64,000 nt of DNA from Thiohalobacter sp. (lineage in GTDB: Bacteria > Pseudomonadota > Gammaproteobacteria > DSM-19610), in contig JALSRI010000178.1 in the NCBI GenBank assembly GCA_026984835.1, positions 10,430 through 74,429 on the forward strand. Reading direction: 5' to 3'. The position numbers were made by a program, and so were the translations under genes. Positions 40,759-49,270 of the stretch are shown piece by piece. Each line of letters starts with the position of its first letter. The stretch's first letter is position 1. Below the pieces are notes generated by a model. The model was not told the origin of the DNA. It made no database searches and worked only from the letters and a program-made list of their open reading frames with translations.

Positions 40759-41451
40759 TCAGGCCCCGGGTGCCGGCACCCGGTGTTCCCGCAGGCGCAG
40801 ATCGGCCGTGAATTCATAGACCAGCGGTGTTCCTGTCGGAATCTCCCGCTGCACGATCTGCTGCGGAGACAATGCCTCGATGTGCATGACCAGCGCGCGC
40901 AGCGAATTGCCGTGCGCCGATACCAGTACCCGCTGCCCCGCGCGCAGCTGCGGCACGATGCGTTCCTGGTAGTAGGGTATGACGCGCGCGGCGGTCATGG
41001 CCAGGCTCTCGCCGCCCGGTGGCGGTTCGTCGTAGCTGCGCCGCCAGCGGTGCACCTGATCGGCGCCGAAGCGCTTGCGCGCCAGGTCCTTGTTCATGCC
41101 CTGCAGGTCCCCGTAGTAGCGCTCGTTGAGTGCCTCGGCGACATAGACCTTGAGTTCTCCGGCATCGCCCGGCGCCGGTGTGAAACGCTCGTACCAGTCC
41201 CGCTCGTGCTCGTGGACGCGCACGTATTGTTCGCAGAAACGGTTCCGCTTCAGGATCTCGTACAGCGTGTCCTGCGCCCGCAGCAGGGCAGAAGTGAAGG
41301 CGACATCGAAATGTTCCTGCGCCAGCCGTTCTCCGGCCCGTTGTGCCTCCGCCGTGCCGCCGTGGCTCAGGGAGACGTCGATCCAGCCGGTGAAGCGGTT
41401 CTGCAGGTTCCAGACCGACTGGCCATGACGGACCAGGACGAGGTGCGCCAT
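40759..41451 (-). CDS. gpmA: 2,3-bisphosphoglycerate-dependent phosphoglycerate mutase / histidine phosphatase
   Basis: LVRHGQSVWN catalytic His motif, RRSYD, SAHGNSLRAL. Confidence 0.85.
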   Translation of the reverse strand: MAHLVLVRHGQSVWNLQNRFTGWIDVSLSHGGTAEAQRAGERLAQEHFDVAFTSALLRAQDTLYEILKRNRFCEQYVRVHEHERDWYERFTPAPGDAGELKVYVAEALNERYYGDLQGMNKDLARKRFGADQVHRWRRSYDEPPPGGESLAMTAARVIPYYQERIVPQLRAGQRVLVSAHGNSLRALVMHIEALSPQQIVQREIPTGTPLVYEFTADLRLREHRVPAPGA

Positions 41452-41458
41452 GGCGCTG

Positions 41459-41812
41459 TCAGGCCGTCGTCGCCGGTGGAGCGAACTCGTCCACCGCTTT
41501 CAGCAGCGGCGTCATGAACATGTAGGCCGGGCCACCGTGCATGATGACCGCCATGAAACCGGCCTCGACGATCTGGTCGCGGCTGGCGCCGGCCTTGACC
41601 GCTTCCTCGACGTGGAAGGCGATGCACCATTCGCATTGGGCGGCCACCGCCAGCGCCACGTTGATGAGTTCCTTCTGGCGGATGTCCAGCGCCTTGCCTC
41701 CCTCGGCCCGCTTGAGAAAGCTGAGAAAGCCGCTGGTTTCGACGGGATAGTCCTCTTCCAGCCGTTGGGTGAGTTGCATGACTTCGCCGAGCTTGTCTTT
41801 CATGGTTCCCAC
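41459..41812 (-). CDS. carboxymuconolactone decarboxylase (AhpD-like) family protein
   Basis: 117 aa with a CEWCIAFH CxxC motif. Confidence 0.75.
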   Translation of the reverse strand: MGTMKDKLGEVMQLTQRLEEDYPVETSGFLSFLKRAEGGKALDIRQKELINVALAVAAQCEWCIAFHVEEAVKAGASRDQIVEAGFMAVIMHGGPAYMFMTPLLKAVDEFAPPATTA

Positions 41813-41850
41813 GGGATACCTCCTTGCCGGGTTGCAATGGTCGTAACGCC

Positions 41851-41873
41851 GGGTCCGGGGTTCGCCCGGACCC
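41851..41873 (-). terminator. hairpin after DedA-related gene (GGGTCCGGG gttcg CCCGGACCC)
   Basis: 9-bp GC stem 10 nt past the stop at 41883. No U-tract. Confidence 0.3.
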
Positions 41874-41882
41874 CGCCTGGAT

Positions 41883-42485
41883 TCAGTCCCGGTTGCCGTT
41901 GCGATGTGTGACCCAGATCACCAGCAGCGCCGCCAGCGTCAGGGCGACCAGCATCCAGGGCCGCTGCGCAGGCGCCAGCTGCAGCCACAATACCCCCAGC
42001 CAGTGTCCACTGCCAAGGTGCACGAGCAGCCACAGGAAGGCCGCAGCGACATCGATGGCATAGAAGGTCAGTACAGGTACACCGAACACGCCGGCCGCCA
42101 TGGGGACCATGGGATGAATCACCCACATGATGCGGCCGGCGAACAGTGCAAGGCGGCCGTGACGCTCGAACAGGGCATGGGCGCGCCGCTGCAGGCGGCG
42201 GGAATGGTGCCAGCCCAGCCGCTCCTGCCATTGCGTATGGCCCAGCCGACCCAGCCAGTAGCCCAGGCTGTCGGCGCACAGCGCACCCGCCAGTGCGCAG
42301 GCCAGCACGTGCCGGAAATCCAGCAGGCCCTGGGCCGACAGTGAGCCGATGGCCGGGATCAGGATGAAGCCGGGGATGAGCAGGCCAAGCACCGGGCTGG
42401 ATTCCAGGCTCACCAGCAGGGCGATGGCCGGGCACGGCCAGGGACTGTGCAGCAGCCAGTCTCCGATGGCTGGGTGCGGTGTCAT
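41883..42485 (-). CDS. DedA-related membrane protein
   Basis: 200 aa, polytopic, with DSLGYWLGR and LFAGRIMWVIHP segments resembling DedA. Confidence 0.55.
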   Translation of the reverse strand: MTPHPAIGDWLLHSPWPCPAIALLVSLESSPVLGLLIPGFILIPAIGSLSAQGLLDFRHVLACALAGALCADSLGYWLGRLGHTQWQERLGWHHSRRLQRRAHALFERHGRLALFAGRIMWVIHPMVPMAAGVFGVPVLTFYAIDVAAAFLWLLVHLGSGHWLGVLWLQLAPAQRPWMLVALTLAALLVIWVTHRNGNRD

Positions 42486-43192
42486 CGCCGGTATTTCTTG
42501 TGCAGGTCGCTCAGCATCTCCGCCTGCAGGGTCTGGATCTCCAGCAGCCGTGGCAGCTCGTGGTGCAGAATCTGGTCCAGCTTCTCGTCGATGATGCGAA
42601 TCTCGAGTTCGGCCTTCAGGTTGACCTGGTAGTCATTCTCGGCGCGCAGTCGGTCGCGCTCTTCCTGCCGGTTCTGGCTCATCATGATGACCGGCGCCTG
42701 CAGGGCGGCCAGCAGCGACAGCACCAGGTTGAGGAGGATATAGGGGTAGGGGTCGAACGGCGTTTTCAGGATGAGAAACGTATTGATGACGATCCACAAT
42801 GCGAGAAACAGGCTGAACGAGATGATGAAACTCCAGCTGCCGCCGAATTCCGCAACCTTGTCGGCGATGCGGTCACCCAGGCCGAGACTCTGCTCGTACT
42901 GCTCGTTGATGTTCTCCGACAGCAATTGCTCGTTCTGCAGGCTTTTCACCACCTCCTGTTCCAGCTCGTCGAGTTCGCCCAGATCCTTTTCCATCAACTG
43001 GCGTATGTAACGGGTGCGGAAGCGGTTCAGGCACGAAAAACAGATGCAGCCGTCCTCCGACCAGTCCGGCACCTCCTGGCGGATCATCGGCAGCAGGTCC
43101 TGGCGGACCAGTGCGGCCGACAGCATCTCGCGCCGCGGCTTGGTCTGGTGGCAGACCTGGCAGGTGCACGGGTTATGGCCGCGCCGGCTCAT
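42482..43192 (-). CDS. DUF1003 domain membrane protein with N-terminal Cys-rich segment
   Basis: GSWSFIISFSLFLALWIVIN...DPYPYILLNLVLS...QAPVIMMSQNRQ is the DUF1003 core. N-terminus has CTCQVC...CICFSC. Confidence 0.7.
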   Translation of the reverse strand: MSRRGHNPCTCQVCHQTKPRREMLSAALVRQDLLPMIRQEVPDWSEDGCICFSCLNRFRTRYIRQLMEKDLGELDELEQEVVKSLQNEQLLSENINEQYEQSLGLGDRIADKVAEFGGSWSFIISFSLFLALWIVINTFLILKTPFDPYPYILLNLVLSLLAALQAPVIMMSQNRQEERDRLRAENDYQVNLKAELEIRIIDEKLDQILHHELPRLLEIQTLQAEMLSDLHKKYRR

Positions 43193-43480
43193 GTACGGCC
43201 CCCGGCAGCGGTATTCCACAGTGGCCGGGCAGGCGGGACCGGCGCAGCGGGCCGGGTGAACTCCGGGGCGGGGCGTGCCGACATGCTCATTCCTCCTGCG
43301 GGCGTGGCCGGACGGATCATGCGTACCCTAGGCGGCCAGGCTGCACAATTCAAGCCGGCTGGCACGGCCCCGAATTCGTCGGTAACAGCCGGCGGGCGGC
43401 GTGGACGCGCCGGTTTGCTGTTATCATCCCCGTCGAGGGGCCACGTTGGCCCGGAGGTTAACTTTCTGTGAGACGCTATC

Positions 43481-43930
43481 ATGAATGCTGACAATCCTTC
43501 CTGTGTCATCGCCGCCCTGGATCTCTCCGACGACGTCCATGCAGTAGCGGAACGTGCCTGCCTGCTGGCGTCCTGCCTGGAAGTCCCGGCCCGCCTCGTG
43601 CACATCGTCGACGATGCGGCGATCGTCAACCCGGCCAACGAATTCAGCCTCGGCGGCCTGGTGGCGGGGGAGTTCGAGGAGCAGGAGATCGAGGCGGAGC
43701 TGTTCGCGCGCCGCTATATCGAATCGCGCATCGAGGGCATCAGCAGTGAATGCGCCACCCTGGAGATACTGACGGGGCGTCCGGCCGGCAAGCTGGAAGA
43801 CCATGCCCGGGAGACGGGCGCCCGGGTGATCGTGGTTGGCCAGCCCGAGAGCCGCTTCGGCTCCATCGTCAAGCACCTCACCCGGCACGCGCCTTGCGAC
43901 GTGCACATCGTACGGGTGCCCGAGCGCTGA
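43481..43930 (+). CDS. universal stress protein family
   Basis: USP-like layout (VIAALDLSDD...ARLVHIV...ARVIVVG...APCDVHIV). The ATP-binding Gly motif is degenerate. Confidence 0.65.
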   Translation: MNADNPSCVIAALDLSDDVHAVAERACLLASCLEVPARLVHIVDDAAIVNPANEFSLGGLVAGEFEEQEIEAELFARRYIESRIEGISSECATLEILTGRPAGKLEDHARETGARVIVVGQPESRFGSIVKHLTRHAPCDVHIVRVPER

Positions 43931-43939
43931 GTGCGGCGA

Positions 43940-44878
43940 TCAAGCCAGCCGTTTCGCCAGCGCGTCCCTGAGTTCGCGTTTGGCCGGCCGCGCCTGGCGG
44001 TAGATCTCGTCGGCGCGAAAGAATTCCAGCATGCGGATATTGCTGAGCGGCGGCCGGATGTAGATATCCGGACGTCGCAGCTTCAGTTTTTCGTCGACGA
44101 TGGCGCGCTGCATGATGTGCACGGAGTTGAAGATGGCGTCGAAGAAGGAGGGGCGGGCGTCACCGTTCTCGGGTGAAACAGTGCCCATGACATCGATGGC
44201 GACGGTGATGTCACAGTCGTCGGGCAGCAGGTCCCAGGGCACCGGGTTGACCGTGCCGCCGTCCACCAGCACGCGGTCGTCCAGTCGCACCGGCGTAAAC
44301 AGGCCGGGCAGCGCCATGCTGGCCTGGATGGCGGGCAGTACCGGTCCGCTGTCCAGCACCACCTGGCGCCGCTCCCAGAAGTCTGCCGCCACGATCTTGA
44401 GGGGGATGGCGAGCTGGTCGAAACGGCTGGCGTGGACCGCCTGGCGCAGGTAGCGGATGAAGTTCTCGCCGTCGATGAGGCCGCCGCTGCCCAGTTCCGG
44501 ATCGATGAAATCGATCCATTTGAATACATCCGAGCGGAACAGGGAGTTGGACCAGCCGCGCTTGCCGGGCGCCACCGGGCCGTTGATGAAGCGGTGGATC
44601 TGCCTGCCGGACAGGCCGCTGGCATAGAGGGCGCCGATCACCGCCCCCATGCTGCTGCCGCTGATGGCGCAGGGCTTGATGCCCAGTTCGTCGAACACCT
44701 CCAGCATCAGGATGTGCGCCAGGCCCTTGGCGCCGCCGGCGCCCAGCGCCAGGCCGACCCGCGGCGCCGGCCTGGCCGGCTGGCCCGTTCCGTCGCCAGT
44801 GGCCAGTGAACGCGAGGCTGCGCCTGCCATCAGCATGGCGATGAAACTCCTTCTCGACAGGGTGCAGGACATGGACAT
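43940..44878 (-). CDS. patatin-like phospholipase with Tat-type signal
   Basis: SRRSFIAML twin-arginine motif, GAGGAKG oxyanion loop, GSSMG nucleophile, DGG catalytic Asp. Confidence 0.8.
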   Translation of the reverse strand: MSMSCTLSRRSFIAMLMAGAASRSLATGDGTGQPARPAPRVGLALGAGGAKGLAHILMLEVFDELGIKPCAISGSSMGAVIGALYASGLSGRQIHRFINGPVAPGKRGWSNSLFRSDVFKWIDFIDPELGSGGLIDGENFIRYLRQAVHASRFDQLAIPLKIVAADFWERRQVVLDSGPVLPAIQASMALPGLFTPVRLDDRVLVDGGTVNPVPWDLLPDDCDITVAIDVMGTVSPENGDARPSFFDAIFNSVHIMQRAIVDEKLKLRRPDIYIRPPLSNIRMLEFFRADEIYRQARPAKRELRDALAKRLA

Positions 44879-44980
44879 GCCAGCCGCTCGATGCCGTATG
44901 CACGGTGGAGCCCCAAGGGTACACGCCTTGGCGGTTCTGTTACAAACGCCGATCCGGTAGCATCCCGGCCAGGGCCGTTC

Positions 44981-46099
44981 CTACAGGGGGGCGGGGGTTT
45001 CCAGGCGCTGGGCGAGGGTGGCCAGGAGTTCGTCGAAAGGCTGGATGAACTTGTCGATGCCTTCCCGCAGCAGTTGCTCCGTTACGCTGTCGAGGTCGAT
45101 GCCGACGGCGGCCAGTTCCTGCAGCTGCGCGCGCGCCGCGTCGACGTCCTGCTCCAGCCGCAGCGCCGGCCGGCCGTGGTCACGGTAGGCGGCCAGGGTC
45201 TTGAGCGGCACGGTGTTGACGGTGTCCGGGCCGATCAGGGCGTCGACGTACAGCACGTCGCTGTAGGCCGGGTTCTTGGTGCTGGTGCTGGCCCACAGCA
45301 GCCGCTGGCTGCGGGCGCCGGCGCCTTCCAGAGCCTCCCAGCCGGGGCCGGAGAACCGTGCCTTGTACTCCTGGTAGGCGATCTTGCCCGAGGCGATGGC
45401 GGTCTTGCCGCGCAGGGCCAGGGCGCGCCGGCGCAGGCTCTCGTCACGTACCGATTCCAGCAGCCTGTCGACCAGCACGTCGATGCGGCTCATGAAGAAG
45501 CTGGCCACCGAGGCGACGCCGTCGAGCGGCTTGCCCAGCCGCTGGCGATCCTGCAGGCCGTCGATGAAGGCCTGCGCCACCTCGCGGTAGCGCGCCAGGC
45601 TGAACAGCAGCGTGGCGTTGACGTTGATGCCTTCGCAGATCAGGCTGCGGATGGCCGGCAGGCCCTCCCGGGTAGCCGGCACCTTGATCATGACGTTGGG
45701 CCGGTCGAGCAGGCCCCACAGGCGGCGCGCGGCGATGACCGTGGCCTCGCTGTCGTGGGCCAGGTGCGGCGAGACTTCCATGCTGACATAGCCGTCGCGG
45801 CCGCCGCTGGTTTCGTACACCGGGCGCAGCAGGTCGGCGGCCTGGCGCAGATCCTCCAGCACCAGCGCCTCGTAGGCGGCGCGCGCGTCGCTGCCTTCGC
45901 GCGCCAGTTGCTCTATGGCGGCGTCGTAGTCGTCGTGGTCCAGGATGGCCTTGCGCAGGATGGCGGGGTTCGAGGTGACGCCGGATATGCCGTCCTCCTC
46001 GATGAGGCGGCGGAACCCGCCGCCGGTCAGCAGGCCGCGGTGGATGTCGTCCAGCCAGATGCTCTGGCCGAGGCTTTGCAGTCGTCTGAGCGGATTCAT
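44981..46099 (-). CDS. tal: transaldolase
   Basis: GQSIWLDDI, GVTSNPAI, Schiff-base Lys region VMIKVPAT. Confidence 0.9.
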   Translation of the reverse strand: MNPLRRLQSLGQSIWLDDIHRGLLTGGGFRRLIEEDGISGVTSNPAILRKAILDHDDYDAAIEQLAREGSDARAAYEALVLEDLRQAADLLRPVYETSGGRDGYVSMEVSPHLAHDSEATVIAARRLWGLLDRPNVMIKVPATREGLPAIRSLICEGINVNATLLFSLARYREVAQAFIDGLQDRQRLGKPLDGVASVASFFMSRIDVLVDRLLESVRDESLRRRALALRGKTAIASGKIAYQEYKARFSGPGWEALEGAGARSQRLLWASTSTKNPAYSDVLYVDALIGPDTVNTVPLKTLAAYRDHGRPALRLEQDVDAARAQLQELAAVGIDLDSVTEQLLREGIDKFIQPFDELLATLAQRLETPAPL

Positions 46100-46911
46100 G
46101 GGGCGTACTCCCTGTGTGGGTCGGGCTGCCGTTGCAGCGGGTCCTGGCGGTAGAAGAGCTGCAGTTGCCGGTAGACGTCAGGATACGTGTGGTGCAGGCG
46201 CTGCGGCAACTCGAAGAACAGCTCGCTCAGCACCGCGAAGAACTCGGCGGGGTTTTCCGCCGCGTAGGGGTCGATGGCCGTATGGTGGTGGCGTTCGACC
46301 TTGTCGTACAGGTCCCGGTAGGCCTGCGACAGGGCCCGGGTCCAGTCTTCGCGCACCATGCCGGGGTGCAGGGGCGGCATGCCGTTGGCGGCGCCGTTGA
46401 GCATGTCCAGCTTGTGGGCGAACTCGTGCAGGATGACGTTGGAACCGGCGCCGTGCGGACTGGCGTCCGGGCGTGCGTCGTCCCAGGACAGGATGACCGG
46501 ACCGCGGCCCCAGGCCTCGCCGCCCAGGGCGCGGCGCTTTTCGTGCACCACGCCGGCGGCGTCCATCTCTTCGTGGGTGACGACGAAGGTGTCGGGGTAG
46601 ACGATGACCTCGCTCCAGCCGTCGAACCAGTCGAGGTCGAGTTCCAGGATCAGCAGGCAGGCCTGGGCGGCGATCAGCACACGCATGCGTGCGTCCACTT
46701 CCAGGCCGCCGGCGCCGTTGACGGTCTTCTCGTGCAGGAACAGGGAGGCCAGCAGGCGCAGCCGGTGCTGCGCGTCGCGGTCGAGGGCGGCCAGTACCGG
46801 CACCTCGGCGACGCAGGCCGCCCACAGCCGGGCCGGGATGCGCCGGTGCAGCAGGATGCGGCTGCGCCACCAGCGCCGCAGCCGCGTCAGGACACCGGGG
46901 GCCCGACTCAC
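46096..46911 (-). CDS. M90 (MtfA-like) zinc metallopeptidase
   Basis: HEFAHKLD zinc motif and NPAEFFAV(L)SE. GTG 46911 chosen, since upstream in-frame sequence is low-complexity. 4-nt overlap with tal. Confidence 0.7.
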   Translation of the reverse strand: MSRAPGVLTRLRRWWRSRILLHRRIPARLWAACVAEVPVLAALDRDAQHRLRLLASLFLHEKTVNGAGGLEVDARMRVLIAAQACLLILELDLDWFDGWSEVIVYPDTFVVTHEEMDAAGVVHEKRRALGGEAWGRGPVILSWDDARPDASPHGAGSNVILHEFAHKLDMLNGAANGMPPLHPGMVREDWTRALSQAYRDLYDKVERHHHTAIDPYAAENPAEFFAVLSELFFELPQRLHHTYPDVYRQLQLFYRQDPLQRQPDPHREYAP

Positions 46912-46939
46912 TCCGGGACAGCGCCGCCGGTCGCAAGAC

Positions 46940-47470
46940 TCATTGCGGGCGCACGCGGTGGAAGCTGGTGCCGTGGCACTTCGGGCAGGGCGGGATGCGG
47001 CCGGCGCGCTTGAAATGGAGCTGCTCGCCACACTGGTCGCAGATCAGGGTGCCGGGGCCGGCGATCTCGCCGGTATGGTAGGTCGGACCCAGTTCCAGGT
47101 CTTCCTTGAACTTCAGCAGCTCGACGGTGGTCTTGTCGCTGGCCTGCAGGATCAGGTCCAGCAGGCTGCTCTCGATGAGCTCGGTCTCGAATCCCAGCCA
47201 GTCCTTCAGTTCGCCGCCGGTCTCGGCCAGGTACTCGCCGGCGTCCACCAGGTCGCGCTTGAGGTACCCGGCAACTTTGTCGGCCTCTTCGCGCGTCAGC
47301 TCTTCCAGCTCCAGGGCCTTTTCCTTGGCTTCGTCGATCAGCTTGTGCAGGACCGGCGCGCTTTTCTCCTTCGCCTTGCGGAAATCCGCCATCACGCGTT
47401 CCAGCATCAGTTCGTAGGCTTCGCCGAGCACGTCCACCGGGTCGTGGCGTAGGGGGTCTTTTCTGCTCAT
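46940..47470 (-). CDS. zinc-ribbon protein (DUF1451-like)
   Basis: Helical N-domain and C-terminal CDQCG...CPKCH ribbon. ATG 47470. Confidence 0.6.
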   Translation of the reverse strand: MSRKDPLRHDPVDVLGEAYELMLERVMADFRKAKEKSAPVLHKLIDEAKEKALELEELTREEADKVAGYLKRDLVDAGEYLAETGGELKDWLGFETELIESSLLDLILQASDKTTVELLKFKEDLELGPTYHTGEIAGPGTLICDQCGEQLHFKRAGRIPPCPKCHGTSFHRVRPQ

Positions 47471-47693
47471 TCGGACAGATCTCCGTCGGTTCGTGTCATG
47501 AAGGCCGGCGGGCGGCGCCGCGCGCCTGGTGCGCCGCAGTCGCTTCGCCTTGCCTGGGATCAATTTGAAAACAACCAAATTGAACTATATTTGTCATAGA
47601 AGTGTAGGCCCGCTGCCGGGATTTCAATCTGGCGGCCTGTCGTGGTCCCGAAGGGTACAACTATAACCTAACCGCAAAAAGGAGGTATTTATC

Positions 47694-48197
47694 ATGAGAC
47701 GTCTGTATTTTCTGCTGCCCGATCTGGAGACCACCCACAAAGTGGTGGACGAGCTGCTGCTGGCGCGGGTCGAGGAGCGTCATATCCATGTCATCGCCCG
47801 CGAGGGCGTGCCCCTGGGCGACCTGCCGCAGGCATCGCTGGTGCAGAAGAGCGATTTCGTGCCGGCCATGGAGCGCGGCATCGCGCTGGGCGGCGCCACC
47901 GGCGTGCTGGCGGGCCTGGCGGCGCTGGCCATGCCGGGCGTGGTGGTGGCCGGCGGCGCGCTGCTGGCCATGGGCCTGCTGGGCGCCGGCATGGGCGCCT
48001 GGCTGGGCGGCATGATCGGCCTCGACGTGGAGAACACCCGCATCAAGCAGTTCGAGTCGGCAATCCAGGCGGGCGAGATCCTGGTGCTGGTCGACGTGCC
48101 CAAGGACCGGGTGGAGGAGATCCAGAACCTGGTCCGCAAGCATCATCCGGACGTGGACTTCGAGGGCACCGAGCCGACCATCCCGGCCTTCCCCTGA
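47694..48197 (+). CDS. DUF1269-like membrane-associated stress protein
   Basis: Soluble N-domain, Gly-zipper hydrophobic core (GIALGGATGVLAGLAALA...GAGMGAWLGGMIG), C-terminal domain. Strong AAGGAGG RBS. Confidence 0.6.
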   Translation: MRRLYFLLPDLETTHKVVDELLLARVEERHIHVIAREGVPLGDLPQASLVQKSDFVPAMERGIALGGATGVLAGLAALAMPGVVVAGGALLAMGLLGAGMGAWLGGMIGLDVENTRIKQFESAIQAGEILVLVDVPKDRVEEIQNLVRKHHPDVDFEGTEPTIPAFP

Positions 48198-48206
48198 GCG
48201 AAGGGT

Positions 48207-48647
48207 TCAGCCGCTGCGGACGGTCAGTACGTCGCAGGGGGCGCGGTGCAGGACGCCGTGGGCCGTCGATCCCAGCAGGCGGCCGATGCCGCGGCGTCCG
48301 TGGCTGCCGATGACGATGAGGTCGGCGCCGTGACGTTCGGCGGCATGGGCGATCTCGACGGCCGCCGAGCGGTTGGTGAACAGGATCTCGGTGTCGTCGG
48401 CCTCAACACCCAGTTCCCCGGCCAGTCGTTGCAGCCGTTGCTGCGCTTCCTGCTCGAACCAGCTGGCGGGGTCGAGGTTTTCCGGCGGTATCCAGTCCAT
48501 CGGCAGGTCTTCCGGGAAATAGTCGATGACGTGCAGCAGCCGCAACCTGGCGTGGCAGCAGTCGGCGATTTCGCGCGCTTTGCGGGCGGCGGCCCGGGAG
48601 GCCTCGGAAAAGTCCGTGGCCAGGAGGATATTCCCGTAGATGTCCAT
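48207..48647 (-). CDS. universal stress protein UspA family
   Basis: ILLATDFSE, LLHVID, GSHGRRGIGRLLGSTA ATP-binding motif. ATG 48647, because the upstream ATG 48683 falls inside the predicted -10 region. Confidence 0.85.
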   Translation of the reverse strand: MDIYGNILLATDFSEASRAAARKAREIADCCHARLRLLHVIDYFPEDLPMDWIPPENLDPASWFEQEAQQRLQRLAGELGVEADDTEILFTNRSAAVEIAHAAERHGADLIVIGSHGRRGIGRLLGSTAHGVLHRAPCDVLTVRSG

Positions 48648-48681
48648 GGTGCGTTCTTCCGTCCGGTGTGGGTGCGCTTTC

Positions 48682-48723
48682 ATGATAGGGCCAGGCCGCC
48701 ATGTATTGCTTGACCCAGGTCAA
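48682..48723 (-). promoter_or_regulatory. FNR/FixK-type box (TTGACccagGTCAA, 48710-48723) plus -10-like TATCAT (48687-48682) upstream of usp
   Basis: Perfect palindrome. Its centre falls at -41.5 relative to the start site implied by the -10 hexamer. usp ATG is at 48647. Confidence 0.55.
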
Positions 48724-48909
48724 GCACCGTGGCCGCGATCCGTGGCAGAGTGAGGAATCTGCCGGGCGGGCTTGAAATGGAATTGCGTGGCCCCACTAAC
48801 TGTTCCAGTTCGATGCCCGATCCGTCCCGCAACCGCGCACCAGGAGGCACCACCGGTTGGAACCGAAAAGCCACGTTCCGAAGCAGATCACAGCGCGGGT
48901 CGCGCTCTG

Positions 48910-49233
48910 ATGGAGCACCGGCGTGACCAGCGCATCCCATGCTCGCTCGATGTCGCCCTGTACCGGCGTGGCGTCTACGCGGGCCCCGCGGTCACACTCA
49001 ATGTCAGCCCGGACGGGCTGTGCATACGCACCGGGCTCGAGCTGAGGCGCAACGAAATGGTCGAAGTCGTATTCCCTGAACAGCTCAGGGCAGACGGCTG
49101 GCCGCCCCGGGAGCACGCGCTGGTGACGCACGTGGAGCCGGGTCATGCGGGGCTGTGGTTCGGGGAGCGCGTGTTCCGCGACGTGGCAATCATCGAGCGC
49201 GGCTGCCGCGACTCGCACGATAATCCTGATTAG
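48910..49233 (+). CDS. PilZ domain protein (putative c-di-GMP receptor)
   Basis: RRDQR (RxxxR) followed by NVSPDG (D/NxSxxG). Confidence 0.6.
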   Translation: MEHRRDQRIPCSLDVALYRRGVYAGPAVTLNVSPDGLCIRTGLELRRNEMVEVVFPEQLRADGWPPREHALVTHVEPGHAGLWFGERVFRDVAIIERGCRDSHDNPD

Positions 49234-49270
49234 TCGGTCAACGACCGCAGGGCGGTCACGGAGAGCGAAC

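Noticed and set aside
43414-43427. TTTGCtgttATCAT upstream of the USP gene at 43481, as a third FNR site.
   Set aside because: Only one half-site is close to consensus, and no -10 element sits at class II distance. Too weak to call.
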